Shown piece after piece: positions 13,785 to 25,014 of a stretch of 64,000 nt of DNA. How positions within the stretch are numbered: the first letter of the stretch is position 1; each line of letters opens with the position of its first letter. This DNA is from Polyangiales bacterium. Lineage in GTDB: Bacteria > Myxococcota_A > Polyangia > Polyangiales > Ga0077539. Below the pieces are notes generated by a model. The model had not been told where the DNA came from and ran no database searches. It saw only the letters and a list, made by a program, of their open reading frames with translations. The stretch is taken from positions 896,001-960,000 of the forward strand of contig JBGARZ010000001.1 in assembly GCA_044229975.1 (NCBI GenBank), read 5' to 3'. Both the position numbers and the translations under genes were made by a program.

Positions 13785-15533
13785 ATGCCTCGACCGGATG
13801 CCCGAAGAGCACCGCGCTGGACCCCGCTGCTGGTCGTCGCCCTCGCCGCGTGTGACCTCCTCACGGCGCGCCGACCCAGCGTGGCCATCGGCGGCGAGTG
13901 CACCTTCAACGACGAGTGCACGGCGCCGCTGCTCTGCGCCGCCCGCCGCTGCCGCGCGCCCTGTCGCACCGACCGCGACTGCACCAACAACTGGCGCTGC
14001 CTCTCCGCGGGCATCGTCGACAAGTTCGTCTGCTACGCGCCCGACGACCTCGACACCGCGTGCGTCTGGCCGAGCCACTGCCTTCGCGGTCGCGTCTGCA
14101 CCCCCGAGCGCATCTGCCGCGCCCAGTGCCGCGCCGACTACGACTGCCAGACCATCCGCCGTGACCTCACCTGCAACGTCGACGCGGGGGTCTGCCTCGG
14201 TCACCCGCTCCTCCAACCCGACGGAACCCTCCGCGACACGCTCCGCAACGACGACGGCCCCAACGTCGACCCCATCGTCGGATCGGCCGCGCCCGTCGAC
14301 GCAGGCACGCCGCCCGACGTGGGTTCTCCCACCGATGTCGGGATGCCTGCGGACCTCGGGATGCCCTCCGACCTGGGCACGCTCGCAGACACCGGCACGC
14401 CCCCCGATGTCGGTACACCGGCAGACGCGGGCGACCCGAGAGCCTGCGCGACGCTCACGGGCGGCACCGCCTGTCGTCCGGGCATCGACGTCGGCTGCAC
14501 GGTGACGTCGTTGAGTGCTCGCGGCGGCAACGCCTGCGCGCTCGTGAGCGGCGGCTCGATGCGCTGCTGGGGCTCGAACTTCTCGGGTCAGCTCGGCGTC
14601 GGCGGCACGCGCTCGTGTCTGTGGCCGGGCCTCGTGCCTGCGCTCACCACAGGCGTGTTGGGCATGGCGGTCGGCCAGGACTTCGCGTGCGCGCTCCGCA
14701 CGGGCATGGGCGTCTGGTGTTGGGGCACCAACAGCCGCGGTCAGCTCGCCACCGGCAAGCTGACGCCGAGCCGTGATGTTCCGTTCATGAGCAACGCGAT
14801 GGAGGGGCAGCCCTACGCGGGCAGCGGCCACGCGTGCATCGTCAATGCCGCGACGGCGCAGTGCTGGGGCGACAACTCGTACCGCCAGCTCGGGGCCCTC
14901 TTCGGAACGCGCACCGAATACTTCTCCCCCGTCGCGGTGAGCATCGCGGGTTCGGTGAGCGTGGCGCTCGGTCGCTCGCACTCGTGCGCGGTCTTCTCGG
15001 GCGGGACCGTCGGCTGCTGGGGCAGCAACGCCAACGGGCAGGCAGCTCAGATGATGTCGATGACCATGGTCAACATGCCCGCGGCGGTGACGGGTCTCGA
15101 CTCGATCGAGCAGGTGGTCGCGGGCGACAACTTCAGCTGCGCGCGACGGACGGGCGGCCAGGTGTTCTGCTGGGGCGACAACATGGCGGGGCAGCTCGGG
15201 CGGGGGACGGTCGCGTCGCCGGCGAGCGACGCGGTGCCGCAGGTGGTTCCGACGATCACTGATGCGACGGAGCTCACCGCGGGGCCCGCGGGCGTCTGCG
15301 CCGTGCGGACGGACCAGACCGTGTGGTGCTGGGGCGAGGCGGCGCACCTGGGCGACGGATCGATGGCGGCGCGAGGGGTTCCGGCGCAGGTTCCGGGGCT
15401 GACGGGGGTGCTCGGGCTGGCGGGGTCGGGGCCGTTGTGTGCGCGCCGCGCTGGCGCCGACGTGCGCTGCTGGGGCACCGCGCCGGGTGACGGGACCGCG
15501 AGGTCGATCACGCCCGTCGCGGTGGTCTGGTAG
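13785..15533 (+). CDS. Lipoprotein with N-terminal Cys-rich domain, D-x-G linker and RCC1/BLIP-II propeller
   Basis: LAAC lipobox; ECTFNDEC...; repeated CWG.N..GQL. Confidence 0.85.
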   Translation: MPRPDARRAPRWTPLLVVALAACDLLTARRPSVAIGGECTFNDECTAPLLCAARRCRAPCRTDRDCTNNWRCLSAGIVDKFVCYAPDDLDTACVWPSHCLRGRVCTPERICRAQCRADYDCQTIRRDLTCNVDAGVCLGHPLLQPDGTLRDTLRNDDGPNVDPIVGSAAPVDAGTPPDVGSPTDVGMPADLGMPSDLGTLADTGTPPDVGTPADAGDPRACATLTGGTACRPGIDVGCTVTSLSARGGNACALVSGGSMRCWGSNFSGQLGVGGTRSCLWPGLVPALTTGVLGMAVGQDFACALRTGMGVWCWGTNSRGQLATGKLTPSRDVPFMSNAMEGQPYAGSGHACIVNAATAQCWGDNSYRQLGALFGTRTEYFSPVAVSIAGSVSVALGRSHSCAVFSGGTVGCWGSNANGQAAQMMSMTMVNMPAAVTGLDSIEQVVAGDNFSCARRTGGQVFCWGDNMAGQLGRGTVASPASDAVPQVVPTITDATELTAGPAGVCAVRTDQTVWCWGEAAHLGDGSMAARGVPAQVPGLTGVLGLAGSGPLCARRAGADVRCWGTAPGDGTARSITPVAVVW

Positions 15534-15540
15534 GCGGGCG

Positions 15541-17034
15541 CTACGGCGGCCACTGCTCGTCGATACGCCGCCGACCGTGCGGTACCCGGGGCGTCGCTGG
15601 AGCGGTCGCCGTCGGCCTCACGGGTCGAGCGACACCAGTCGCTGCGGGAGTCGCAGTAGGCGCCGCGTCCTGCACACGACGAACGAGCGATCGCGAGATG
15701 CGCAGGTCGCCGTCGGCGCGCACCGAGTCGACGAAGGGCAGGTAGCCGTCGGCCTCGACGCGCAGCGAGTGAACGCCGCCGCGCGCGACCTGGGTCGAGG
15801 CGTGCCCCGCGCCGAGCTCGGCGCCGTCGAGAAGGATGCGCGCCTCGACCGGTGAGAAGTCGAAGCCCAGCGTCACCATCGGCGTGGCAACGGTGGGAGG
15901 CGGTGCAACGGTCGGAGCCACGCGGTCGCGACGGGTGAGCGCGAAGCCGCCCGCGATGAGCCCGACGGCGACGACCGCGATGACGAACGCGAGGGGCCAG
16001 CGCGTCGGCGGCACCCGGGTCGGCGGCGCTTCGATGGGCGTCCTCTCGACGGGCGGCGGCGGGGTGACCAGCGGCGGTGCCTCGGCGGTGGCGGCGATGT
16101 CGACCGGCGTAGCGACCACGGGCGCAACGCCGGGAGTCGGTGCGCCGTTGAGCGCGTCGATGAAGGCCTCCATCGAGGGGAAGCGGTTTGCGGGCTCGGT
16201 GGCGAGCGCGCGCATGAGGGCGGCGACGAGCGCGGGGTCGAGTGACGGGCATCGCGCGCCGAGGTCGGCGACGGGCTCGGAGACGCGGCGCACGAGCAGC
16301 GCGTGGGCGGTCTCGCACTGGTGCGGAATCTCCCCGCAGAAGGCCTCGTAGAGCATCGCCGCGAAGGCCCACTGGTCGGCGGCGTGGGTGATCTCCTTGA
16401 GGCCCCAGGTCTGCTCCGGGGCCATGTACGCGGGCGTTCCGAGGATGGCGCCGGTCGCGGTGATGGACTTCGCGCCCTCCTGGGAGATCGGTCGCGCGAT
16501 GCCGAAGTCGAGCACCTTCGGCGTGAGGGAGCCGTCGTCGCCCTTCACGAGGAAGACGTTGTCGGGCTTCACGTCGCGATGAACGATGCCCCGCGCGTGC
16601 ACGAAGGACAGCGCCCGCCCCACCGGAATCACCAGCGGGAGCAGCGCGGCCGGATCACACGGGACGCGAGCATCGATCCAGTCGGCGAGGGTCGATCCCG
16701 AGAGAAACTCCATCACGATGAAGACGAGCGGCCCCTCCTGCCCCGCGTCGAACACCTGAACCACGTTGGGATGGGTGAGCCCGGCCATGGTCTTCGCCTC
16801 GCGGCGGAAGCGCGCCACGAGCCCGGCGTCGACCGTCAGCGCGGGGTGCAACACCTTGAACGCCACGCGCCGATCGAGCGTGAGGTGGGTGGCCTCGTGC
16901 ACGGCGCCCATGCCACCGGCGCCGAGCATGCGCTCGATGCGATAGCGACCCGCGATGATGCGACCGGGTTCGAGCGAGGGCGCGAGCTCAGGCGCGTCGG
17001 CGTCGGTGTTGGGTTCGTGCTGCGCCGCGGTCAT
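15541..17034 (-). CDS. Membrane Ser/Thr protein kinase with C-terminal PEGA-like domain
   Basis: LGAGGMGAV, VAFK, HRDVKPDN, DFG, GTPAYMAPE; TM helix; P.EARILLDG...LRVEADGY. Confidence 0.92.
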   Translation of the reverse strand: MTAAQHEPNTDADAPELAPSLEPGRIIAGRYRIERMLGAGGMGAVHEATHLTLDRRVAFKVLHPALTVDAGLVARFRREAKTMAGLTHPNVVQVFDAGQEGPLVFIVMEFLSGSTLADWIDARVPCDPAALLPLVIPVGRALSFVHARGIVHRDVKPDNVFLVKGDDGSLTPKVLDFGIARPISQEGAKSITATGAILGTPAYMAPEQTWGLKEITHAADQWAFAAMLYEAFCGEIPHQCETAHALLVRRVSEPVADLGARCPSLDPALVAALMRALATEPANRFPSMEAFIDALNGAPTPGVAPVVATPVDIAATAEAPPLVTPPPPVERTPIEAPPTRVPPTRWPLAFVIAVVAVGLIAGGFALTRRDRVAPTVAPPPTVATPMVTLGFDFSPVEARILLDGAELGAGHASTQVARGGVHSLRVEADGYLPFVDSVRADGDLRISRSLVRRVQDAAPTATPAATGVARPVRPTATAPATPRVPHGRRRIDEQWPP

Positions 17035-17041
17035 CGCAAGG

Positions 17042-18463
17042 TCAGAAGGTACCGCGAAGCGAGGCGCCGCCGGGGCTCAGCGACACGTCCCACCCCACGG
17101 GGCGATCGTAGCGATCGGAGGGGTCGGCGCGGAGACGGAGCACAGTGCCGACGATGACGCCCGCAACGCCGATACCGATCAATGAGCCACCGACGATGGC
17201 TCGCACCGAGGCCGCAGTGAACTCGCTGTCGTACGGGGCGCGCTGTGCGTTGAACTCCGCCGTCGTGGTGGAGCATCGACCCGTGAGGTCCTGTTCGCAG
17301 GCGGTCATTCGAGCACCCACTTCGTCGATACGAGATTGTGCGTCGGCCCGATCACTCAGCCCCGTGATGAGCAACGGCACGCCACCCGCGATCAGCGCGA
17401 GACCCGCCCCACCGAAGACGTACGCCACGGTTCGTTGCCGACGCACTCGCGCGGCGTGCTCGCTGCGCAGCGTGGTCGTCGCGTCGAGCCACACCCGCGC
17501 GGTGTTGTCCCCTGGCGACAGCTCCACCGACCGCTGCGACGGAACGTATCCCGCGTGCGCCACCCGGAGCTGATGCCTCCCCGGCGGGACGCGCGCGCTC
17601 CCGTCCACCACCACGCTCCGCCCGTCGACGCTCACCGTCGGGAACGTCACGTTGCTCTCCACCCGCAGCGTCGCCGCGACCGATGGCGGCATCGACGGCT
17701 CCCATTCGAGCGGGGCGTCCATCACCACGCCCGCGGTCCCCATCACCACGTTGTGCGCGTAGGTCACGTAGCCGGGGCGGGCGACCTCCAGGCGATGCGG
17801 CCCTTCGGTGAGCATCAGCGGTTCGGTGAGTGGTGTGCGGGCGACCTCGACTCCATCGACCCGCACGACGGCTCCGTCGGTGTCGCAGCGCAGCGCGAGC
17901 GGGGCCCGCTGCGGGTCGAGCGCGTCGGTCAGCACGAGCTCACGTCCACCGGTCACGTCGACCGTGGTCTCGCGCGGGACGTGGCCCGGCGCTTCGAGGC
18001 GCACCCGTCGCGGACCGGCCGACACCGGAACTCCTCCGCGCGCACGCTCTACCGGGACGTCGCGCCCGTCGACGGTCACGCGCAGACCGATCGTGGGAGC
18101 GGTGACGCGGAGGGTTCCGATGCGTTCGCGGAGGCGGGCGAGGCGCTCGTCGAGCTCACGGGCGCGCTGGGCGACGGTCGCGGGCGTCGCGCCCATGCGG
18201 TAGGCGGTGAGCGCGTCGCGCGCCTCGACGAAGCGGCCGAGGGCCTCGTACACGGCGCCGAGGTTGTAGAGCAGGTTGGGGTTGTGGCTGAGGTCGTAGG
18301 CCCGCTGAAACTCGACGAGCGCCGCCTCGTAGTTGCCGTCGGCGTAGAGGGACACGGCGCGGGCGAAGCTGGCGCGCGCATCGCTGGATGGTGGCGTCTG
18401 CGCGAGCGCGGCGGAGCCGTGGAGGACGGCGGCGAGCGCCAATGGGAGGTGGGGGTGACGCAT
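17042..18463 (-). CDS. Secreted TPR + multiple PEGA-domain protein
   Basis: Signal peptide; ALVEFQRAYDLSHNPNLLYNLG TPR; repeated VDG...GPHRLEVARPGY PEGA units; C-terminal LRGTF. Confidence 0.85.
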   Translation of the reverse strand: MRHPHLPLALAAVLHGSAALAQTPPSSDARASFARAVSLYADGNYEAALVEFQRAYDLSHNPNLLYNLGAVYEALGRFVEARDALTAYRMGATPATVAQRARELDERLARLRERIGTLRVTAPTIGLRVTVDGRDVPVERARGGVPVSAGPRRVRLEAPGHVPRETTVDVTGGRELVLTDALDPQRAPLALRCDTDGAVVRVDGVEVARTPLTEPLMLTEGPHRLEVARPGYVTYAHNVVMGTAGVVMDAPLEWEPSMPPSVAATLRVESNVTFPTVSVDGRSVVVDGSARVPPGRHQLRVAHAGYVPSQRSVELSPGDNTARVWLDATTTLRSEHAARVRRQRTVAYVFGGAGLALIAGGVPLLITGLSDRADAQSRIDEVGARMTACEQDLTGRCSTTTAEFNAQRAPYDSEFTAASVRAIVGGSLIGIGVAGVIVGTVLRLRADPSDRYDRPVGWDVSLSPGGASLRGTF

Positions 18464-18630
18464 GAGAGGGAGTGCCCGCGCGACGATCGATGGTCGGAGG
18501 GGACGGGTCAAGACACCGGGCGGTGGTGTCCGAGTTTGAGTCGCTGTGCCCCGGCCGAGAGTCCGCTGCGTCCTACTTTGGAAGCGGAGGAGAGTGATCG
18601 GTGTCCTCCGTCGGACACCACTCACAGGGC

Positions 18631-18743
18631 CTGGGATTCGGAGTAGGCGTCGGCGGCGTGGGCCGGATGGCCACGTCGGCGGTCCCCACGAGGGACCGAC
18701 GACGAGCACCTCGCGTCGCCACGACGCCTACTCCGAATCCCAG
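18631..18743. repeat. Perfect 22-bp inverted repeat enclosing internal hairpins (structured intergenic element)
   Basis: ctgggattcggagtaggcgtcg (18631-18652) and its exact reverse complement cgacgcctactccgaatcccag (18722-18743). Confidence 0.9.
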
Positions 18744-18813
18744 ACCGGGCAGACCTCGTTGCATCCGACGCCCCACCGAAGCGATCATTCGTCGTCGAGT
18801 GCCCCTCGTCGCC

Positions 18814-19260
18814 ATGCGCCACCACCCCCTTCTCAGCCTCGCGCTCTGCCTCACCTCGCTCTTCGGGTGCACCCTCGAAGCCGAGCGGCGCGGCCTCCTC
18901 GCCGAGTGCACCTTCAACGACGAGTGCGAGGCGCCGCTCATCTGCGCCGCGCGCCGTTGCCGCGCCCCGTGCCGCACCGACCGCGACTGCACCAACAACT
19001 GGGTCTGTCGCTCGGCCGGTCAGGAAGATCGCCTCGTCTGTTACGCGCCAGGGACGCTAGACCACGGCTGCGTGCGCGACAGCGACTGCGAATCCCCCTA
19101 CGTCTGCGGCACCACCCGCGAGTGCATCTTCCAGTGCCGCACCGACTACGACTGCCGCATCGCGTACCCCTACGAGCCCAACGCCCGCTGCGTCGTCGCC
19201 GACCACACCTGCGACGCGCACCCGCGCTACGCCGCGGACGGCGGCGCTACGAACGACTGA
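18814..19260 (+). CDS. Small Cys-rich lipoprotein, paralog of the N-terminal domain of 13785-15533
   Basis: LFGC lipobox; ECTFNDECEAPLICAARRCRAPCRTDRDCTNNW. Confidence 0.8.
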   Translation: MRHHPLLSLALCLTSLFGCTLEAERRGLLAECTFNDECEAPLICAARRCRAPCRTDRDCTNNWVCRSAGQEDRLVCYAPGTLDHGCVRDSDCESPYVCGTTRECIFQCRTDYDCRIAYPYEPNARCVVADHTCDAHPRYAADGGATND

Positions 19261-20032
19261 CCCGCTCGCCCGGGTCCTGTCGATAGAAGTCGGCCAGCAG
19301 CGCGTACAGGTCGGGTAGCGCCCGCTTCAACGGCACCGGTCGCTCGAAGAAGCTCTCCGTCGCCACCGCGAAGAACTCCGCTTCGTTCTTCGCTCCGTAG
19401 GGGTCGATCACGCGGCGCACGTCGGGGTCGTGGTCCTTGAGCGCGAGGAAGACCTCCGAGCACACCTCGGCCCAGCTCCGTCGCTCGGCGCTGCTCTCCA
19501 GCGGAGGCGTCCCGTCCACCTCGCCGCCCAGCATGTCGATCTTGTGCGCGAACTCGTGAAACACCACGTTGCGCCCGTCGTCCGGGTCGCGCGCGCCGCG
19601 CTTCACGGCGTCCCACACGAGGATCACCGGACCACCCTGGTGCGCCTGCCCGAGGATCGCTTCGGACTCCTCCACCACCGCGCCACCGCGCTCGAAGATG
19701 CCCGCCGTGCGCTCCGCCGCGAAGACCGTGCTCGGGTACACGAGGATGCTCTCGACGTCGTCGTAGAGATCGTGGTCGCGGCCCAGCAACAACAGACACG
19801 CCTCGGCCGCGACGGTCACCCTGATCTCGTCGGTCATCTCCAGACCCCCGCAGCCCTCCCAGTGCTTCTCCGCGATGAACACCTGCACCAGCTCGCGCAG
19901 GCGCCCGCGCTCGGCGTCGTCGAGGCCGCGCCAGTGGGCGACGTTGCGCTCGATGATCGCCTGCCACTCCGCGGGGAAAGACTCTTCGAGGATGCGCGCC
20001 CGACGGCGCTCGGTGAGCCAGGTGAACAGCAT
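19247..20032 (-). CDS. Zinc-dependent peptidase, M90/MtfA family
   Basis: FIAEKHWEGCGGLE, ILVYP, GPVILVW, DGRNVVFHEFAHKID, YGAKNEAEFFAVATESFFE. Confidence 0.92.
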   Translation of the reverse strand: MLFTWLTERRRARILEESFPAEWQAIIERNVAHWRGLDDAERGRLRELVQVFIAEKHWEGCGGLEMTDEIRVTVAAEACLLLLGRDHDLYDDVESILVYPSTVFAAERTAGIFERGGAVVEESEAILGQAHQGGPVILVWDAVKRGARDPDDGRNVVFHEFAHKIDMLGGEVDGTPPLESSAERRSWAEVCSEVFLALKDHDPDVRRVIDPYGAKNEAEFFAVATESFFERPVPLKRALPDLYALLADFYRQDPGERVSRS

Positions 20033-20163
20033 GCGAGGGAGACTCGCACAGCCGATGGCCCTTGCGCGCGGGCACCGACCCGGCACCATCCGCGGCTGTG
20101 GGTCACGGCGTAGTCATCGCCCTGACCATTGGGGTTCCACCGCAACGTAGGGAGACGACGCCG

Positions 20164-21800
<1,637 letters not shown>

Positions 21801-21801
<1 letters not shown>

Positions 21802-22262
21802 TGGCGCCACAACGGCTGTCGCGGGAGGACTTCCTCACGGTGGTGCGCCTCGCGCCGCTGGTGTCGCTCGACCTCGTGGTGAGCAACGCCTGCGGTGAGG
21901 TGTTGGTGGGTCTCCGTACCAATCGACCCGCGGAGGGGTTCTGGTTCGTCCCGGGCGGGCGCATCCAGAAGGACGAGCGCATGGACGCGGCCTTCCGTCG
22001 GCTCACGGGCGAGGAGCTCGGTCGCCCGATGGGGCTCGCCGAGGCGTCGCTGCTGGGCGTCTACGAGCACCTGTACGAAGACAACTTCGCGGGCGAGCCT
22101 GGAGCCTCCACCCACTACGTCGTCATCGCCCACCGGCTCACGCTCGACGTCGAGCTCGCGTCACTGCCCGGCGCGCAACACGCCCGCTGGAAGTGGATGT
22201 CCGTGGAGGCGCTGCGCGCCGACGAGACGGTGCACGCCAACACGCGGGCCTACTTCCCGTGA
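21801..22262 (+). CDS. gmm: GDP-mannose mannosyl hydrolase (Nudix)
   Basis: APLVSLDL, GLRTNRPAEGFWFVPGGRIQKDE, GVYEHLYEDNF, STHYVV, VHANTRAYF; TGATG coupling to the ligase. Confidence 0.9.
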
Positions 22263-23539
22263 GGCGCGGTCAGCGTCTCGGCCCGCCGTCGCCCCGTCAG
22301 TAGCCACACCTCCATCTCCCCCTTGCCCTTCACGGTGATGACCCCGCGCGCCGTCATCTCGTAGCGCGACGCCAGCCGCTCGTGCACCGCCGCCGTCACC
22401 TGGATCTCCCCGGGGATGCCGTGCGACTCCATCCGACTCGCGGTGTTTACCGCGTCGCCCCACAGGTCGTAGATGAACTTCCGCTTGCCGATCACGCCCG
22501 CGACGGCCGGGCCCGTGTTGATGCCGATGCGCGCCTTCAGGGGATAGCCCGTCTCGGCCGACACCCGCGCGAGCACCACCCGCATCTCCAGCGCGAGGTC
22601 GGCGATCACCTCCGCGTGGTCGTCGCGCGCCTCGGGCAGCCCGCACGCGACCATGTAGGCGTCGCCGATGGTCTTGATCTTCTCGACCCCGAAGCGCAGC
22701 GCCAGCTCGTCGAACTCGGAGAAGATGCGGTTGAGCACCTGCACCAGCGCCTCGGGCGACAAGCGCGCGCTCAGCTCGGTGAAGCCCACCAGGTCGGCGA
22801 AGAGAACCGTCACCGAGGGGAAGCCCTCCGCGATGTGCTGCTGCCCGCCCTTCAAGCGCTTCGACACCGACGCCGGGAGGATGTTGAGCAGCAGGCGTTC
22901 GGAGCGCTCGTGCTCTTCGGTGAGGCGCTCCTCCGCGCGGATCACGTCGCCGCGAAAGAGCTGCACCAGATAGATGAGCGTGCCGAAGGTGAGCGCCACC
23001 GCCGTGAGGCTCAGCGCGTGCTCGACCGGCATGGAGAAGCGAAACACGCCGCGCTCGGGGATGAAGTCCTCGACCACCGCGAAGAGCACCACGCTCAGCG
23101 CCGCGAAGCCCCACCGCACCCAGCGCTCCTGCTCGGAGAAGAGCAGGAACCCCAGCGCCGCGAAGACGAAGTAGTAGAGGTGGAAGCCCGCGCCGCTCCC
23201 GACGAGTGCCGACACCGCGACGATGAGCGCGTGCGCGGGGCCGAGCAGCATCACCCGCGCGGCCCGGTGCCACCCGCGGGCGTTGAGCGCGATGGTGAGC
23301 CCGAAGCACACGACCGCGACGGCGTTGATGGCCGAGCCCGACCAGTAGGTCGACAGGTCGGCGACGGCGTAGCCGATCACGAAGCTCGTGCAGGTGAGCG
23401 CGCCAATCGCCGCGGTCTGGTTGCTCAGGTGGATGCGCCGCTGCTCGGCCGGGTCCTGATCGAGAGCGCCGACCGCGCCGACGGCGTCGAGCAGTCGAAG
23501 CAACACCGGGCGGGGCGGAGCCTCTGCGGTCGGCGACAC
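22250..23539 (-). CDS. Membrane-anchored class III adenylate/guanylate cyclase
   Basis: About 6 TM; ERLLLNILP, VLFADLVGFT, EKIKTIGDAYM, RIGINTG, YDLWGDAVNTASRMES, VKGKG. Start (GTG) is approximate. Confidence 0.93.
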   Translation of the reverse strand: MSPTAEAPPRPVLLRLLDAVGAVGALDQDPAEQRRIHLSNQTAAIGALTCTSFVIGYAVADLSTYWSGSAINAVAVVCFGLTIALNARGWHRAARVMLLGPAHALIVAVSALVGSGAGFHLYYFVFAALGFLLFSEQERWVRWGFAALSVVLFAVVEDFIPERGVFRFSMPVEHALSLTAVALTFGTLIYLVQLFRGDVIRAEERLTEEHERSERLLLNILPASVSKRLKGGQQHIAEGFPSVTVLFADLVGFTELSARLSPEALVQVLNRIFSEFDELALRFGVEKIKTIGDAYMVACGLPEARDDHAEVIADLALEMRVVLARVSAETGYPLKARIGINTGPAVAGVIGKRKFIYDLWGDAVNTASRMESHGIPGEIQVTAAVHERLASRYEMTARGVITVKGKGEMEVWLLTGRRRAETLTAPHGK

Positions 23540-23637
23540 GGACCCATCGTACGTCACAAGAGCGAGGTCCGACTCTCCGCATTTCTCGCGCCGGAGGTCG
23601 GGCACCCAAGTACCATCGCGGCCGTCACGAGCGGACG

Positions 23638-25014
23638 ATGAGCGACCCGAGCTCCCCACCCGATGCCTTCGTCGGCGAGACCCTCCTCGGGCGCTACCTC
23701 GTGGAGGAGTGCGTCGCGCGCGGTGGCTTCGCGGTGGTCTATCGCGCACGACACCTGGAGCTCGATGTTCCGGTCGCGATCAAGGCGCTGACGGACGTCG
23801 ACCGCTACGGGGGCGAGTCGGGCAAGGCGTACCTCGCGCTCTTCAAGCAGGAGGCGCGCACCGTCGCAGCGCTCAATCACCCGGCCATCGTCCGCGTGCT
23901 CGACTACGGCGCGCTCGGTGACCGTCCGTGGATCGCCATGGAGTGGCTCGACGGCACGACGCTGGAGGAAGACCTGCGCGCCCACGAAGGCATCGGGCGA
24001 TCGCCGCGCGAGGTGCTCGACCTGCTGCGCCCGGCCTTCGACGCGCTCGCGTGCGCTCACGAAGCGGGCGTCAGCCATCGCGACATCAAGCCGTCCAACC
24101 TGATGCTGGTGAAGGCGCGGCGCGGGGAAGGCTCGCTGCGGGTCATCGACTTCGGCGTCGCCAAGGTCGACGAGCCCGACCGCGACGTCGGCAGCGGGTC
24201 GACGCGAACGGCGGCGGCCTTCGTGGCGTTCAGCACGCAGTACGCCGCGCCCGAGCAGGTGGCGCGCACCCGCACCGGACCGTGGACGGACGTGCACGCG
24301 CTCGCGCTCGTCCTCGTCGAGGCGCTGGTGGGTCACCGCGCATACGGCGACGCGGACGGGGCCGAGCTCATCGAGCGGGTGCTCACGACGCCGCGACCGA
24401 CGCCCGCGCGGGTGGGCGTCGACGTGGGCCCCTGGGAGTCCGTGCTCGCGCGCGCCCTCGAACGCCTGCCCGCCGCGCGCCCCGCCAGCGCCGCGGTGTT
24501 CTGGACGGAGCTCGCCAGCAGCGTCGAGGAAGCACAGGCCGCGTGGGTCGCCTCGCCGCGAGCGCGCACGCCGACATCGAACGCATCGAGCGCCGTCACC
24601 CGCGTCGGAACTGGCGAGACCGCCGCCTCGCTGCCCTCCGTCGCGATCGTCGTCCCCGCGCCGACCACCTCGACCGCTTCGCTGCGCGCCTCGCTGATGC
24701 CGCCTCTGCGTGGCACCTGGCTCGTCGCCGCGTCGCTCTTCGTGGCGCTCGCGGCGCTCGCCACCCTCCTGCGCGGACCCCACCGCGCGCCGCAACCGAC
24801 GCCGGCGTTCATCCACACGCCCATCGCGCTGGCCCCGGTCGCGCAGCCCGCTCCCCTCGCCCCGATCGCTGCGCCCACCGCGGCACCGCTGGCGCCGCCT
24901 CCCCCGCCGTCGAAGCTCGCCGCGCGTCGGCCCCTGCGACCGCGACCGATCACCGACGCGAGCACCGCGGTCGTGGCGACGCCGCCTTCCGAACCGACGC
25001 TGGTCGTCGAGTGA
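23638..25014 (+). CDS. Membrane Ser/Thr protein kinase
   Basis: GGFAVVY, VAIK, HRDIKPSN, DFG, YAAPE; TM helix; Pro-rich tail. Confidence 0.92.
   Translation: MSDPSSPPDAFVGETLLGRYLVEECVARGGFAVVYRARHLELDVPVAIKALTDVDRYGGESGKAYLALFKQEARTVAALNHPAIVRVLDYGALGDRPWIAMEWLDGTTLEEDLRAHEGIGRSPREVLDLLRPAFDALACAHEAGVSHRDIKPSNLMLVKARRGEGSLRVIDFGVAKVDEPDRDVGSGSTRTAAAFVAFSTQYAAPEQVARTRTGPWTDVHALALVLVEALVGHRAYGDADGAELIERVLTTPRPTPARVGVDVGPWESVLARALERLPAARPASAAVFWTELASSVEEAQAAWVASPRARTPTSNASSAVTRVGTGETAASLPSVAIVVPAPTTSTASLRASLMPPLRGTWLVAASLFVALAALATLLRGPHRAPQPTPAFIHTPIALAPVAQPAPLAPIAAPTAAPLAPPPPPSKLAARRPLRPRPITDASTAVVATPPSEPTLVVE

Noticed and set aside
18464..18813. Retron msr-msd or DGR element
   Set aside because: No reverse transcriptase in the window. 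The flanking duplicated Cys module differs mostly at synonymous positions, not adenine-specifically. Kept only as an unexplained structured element.
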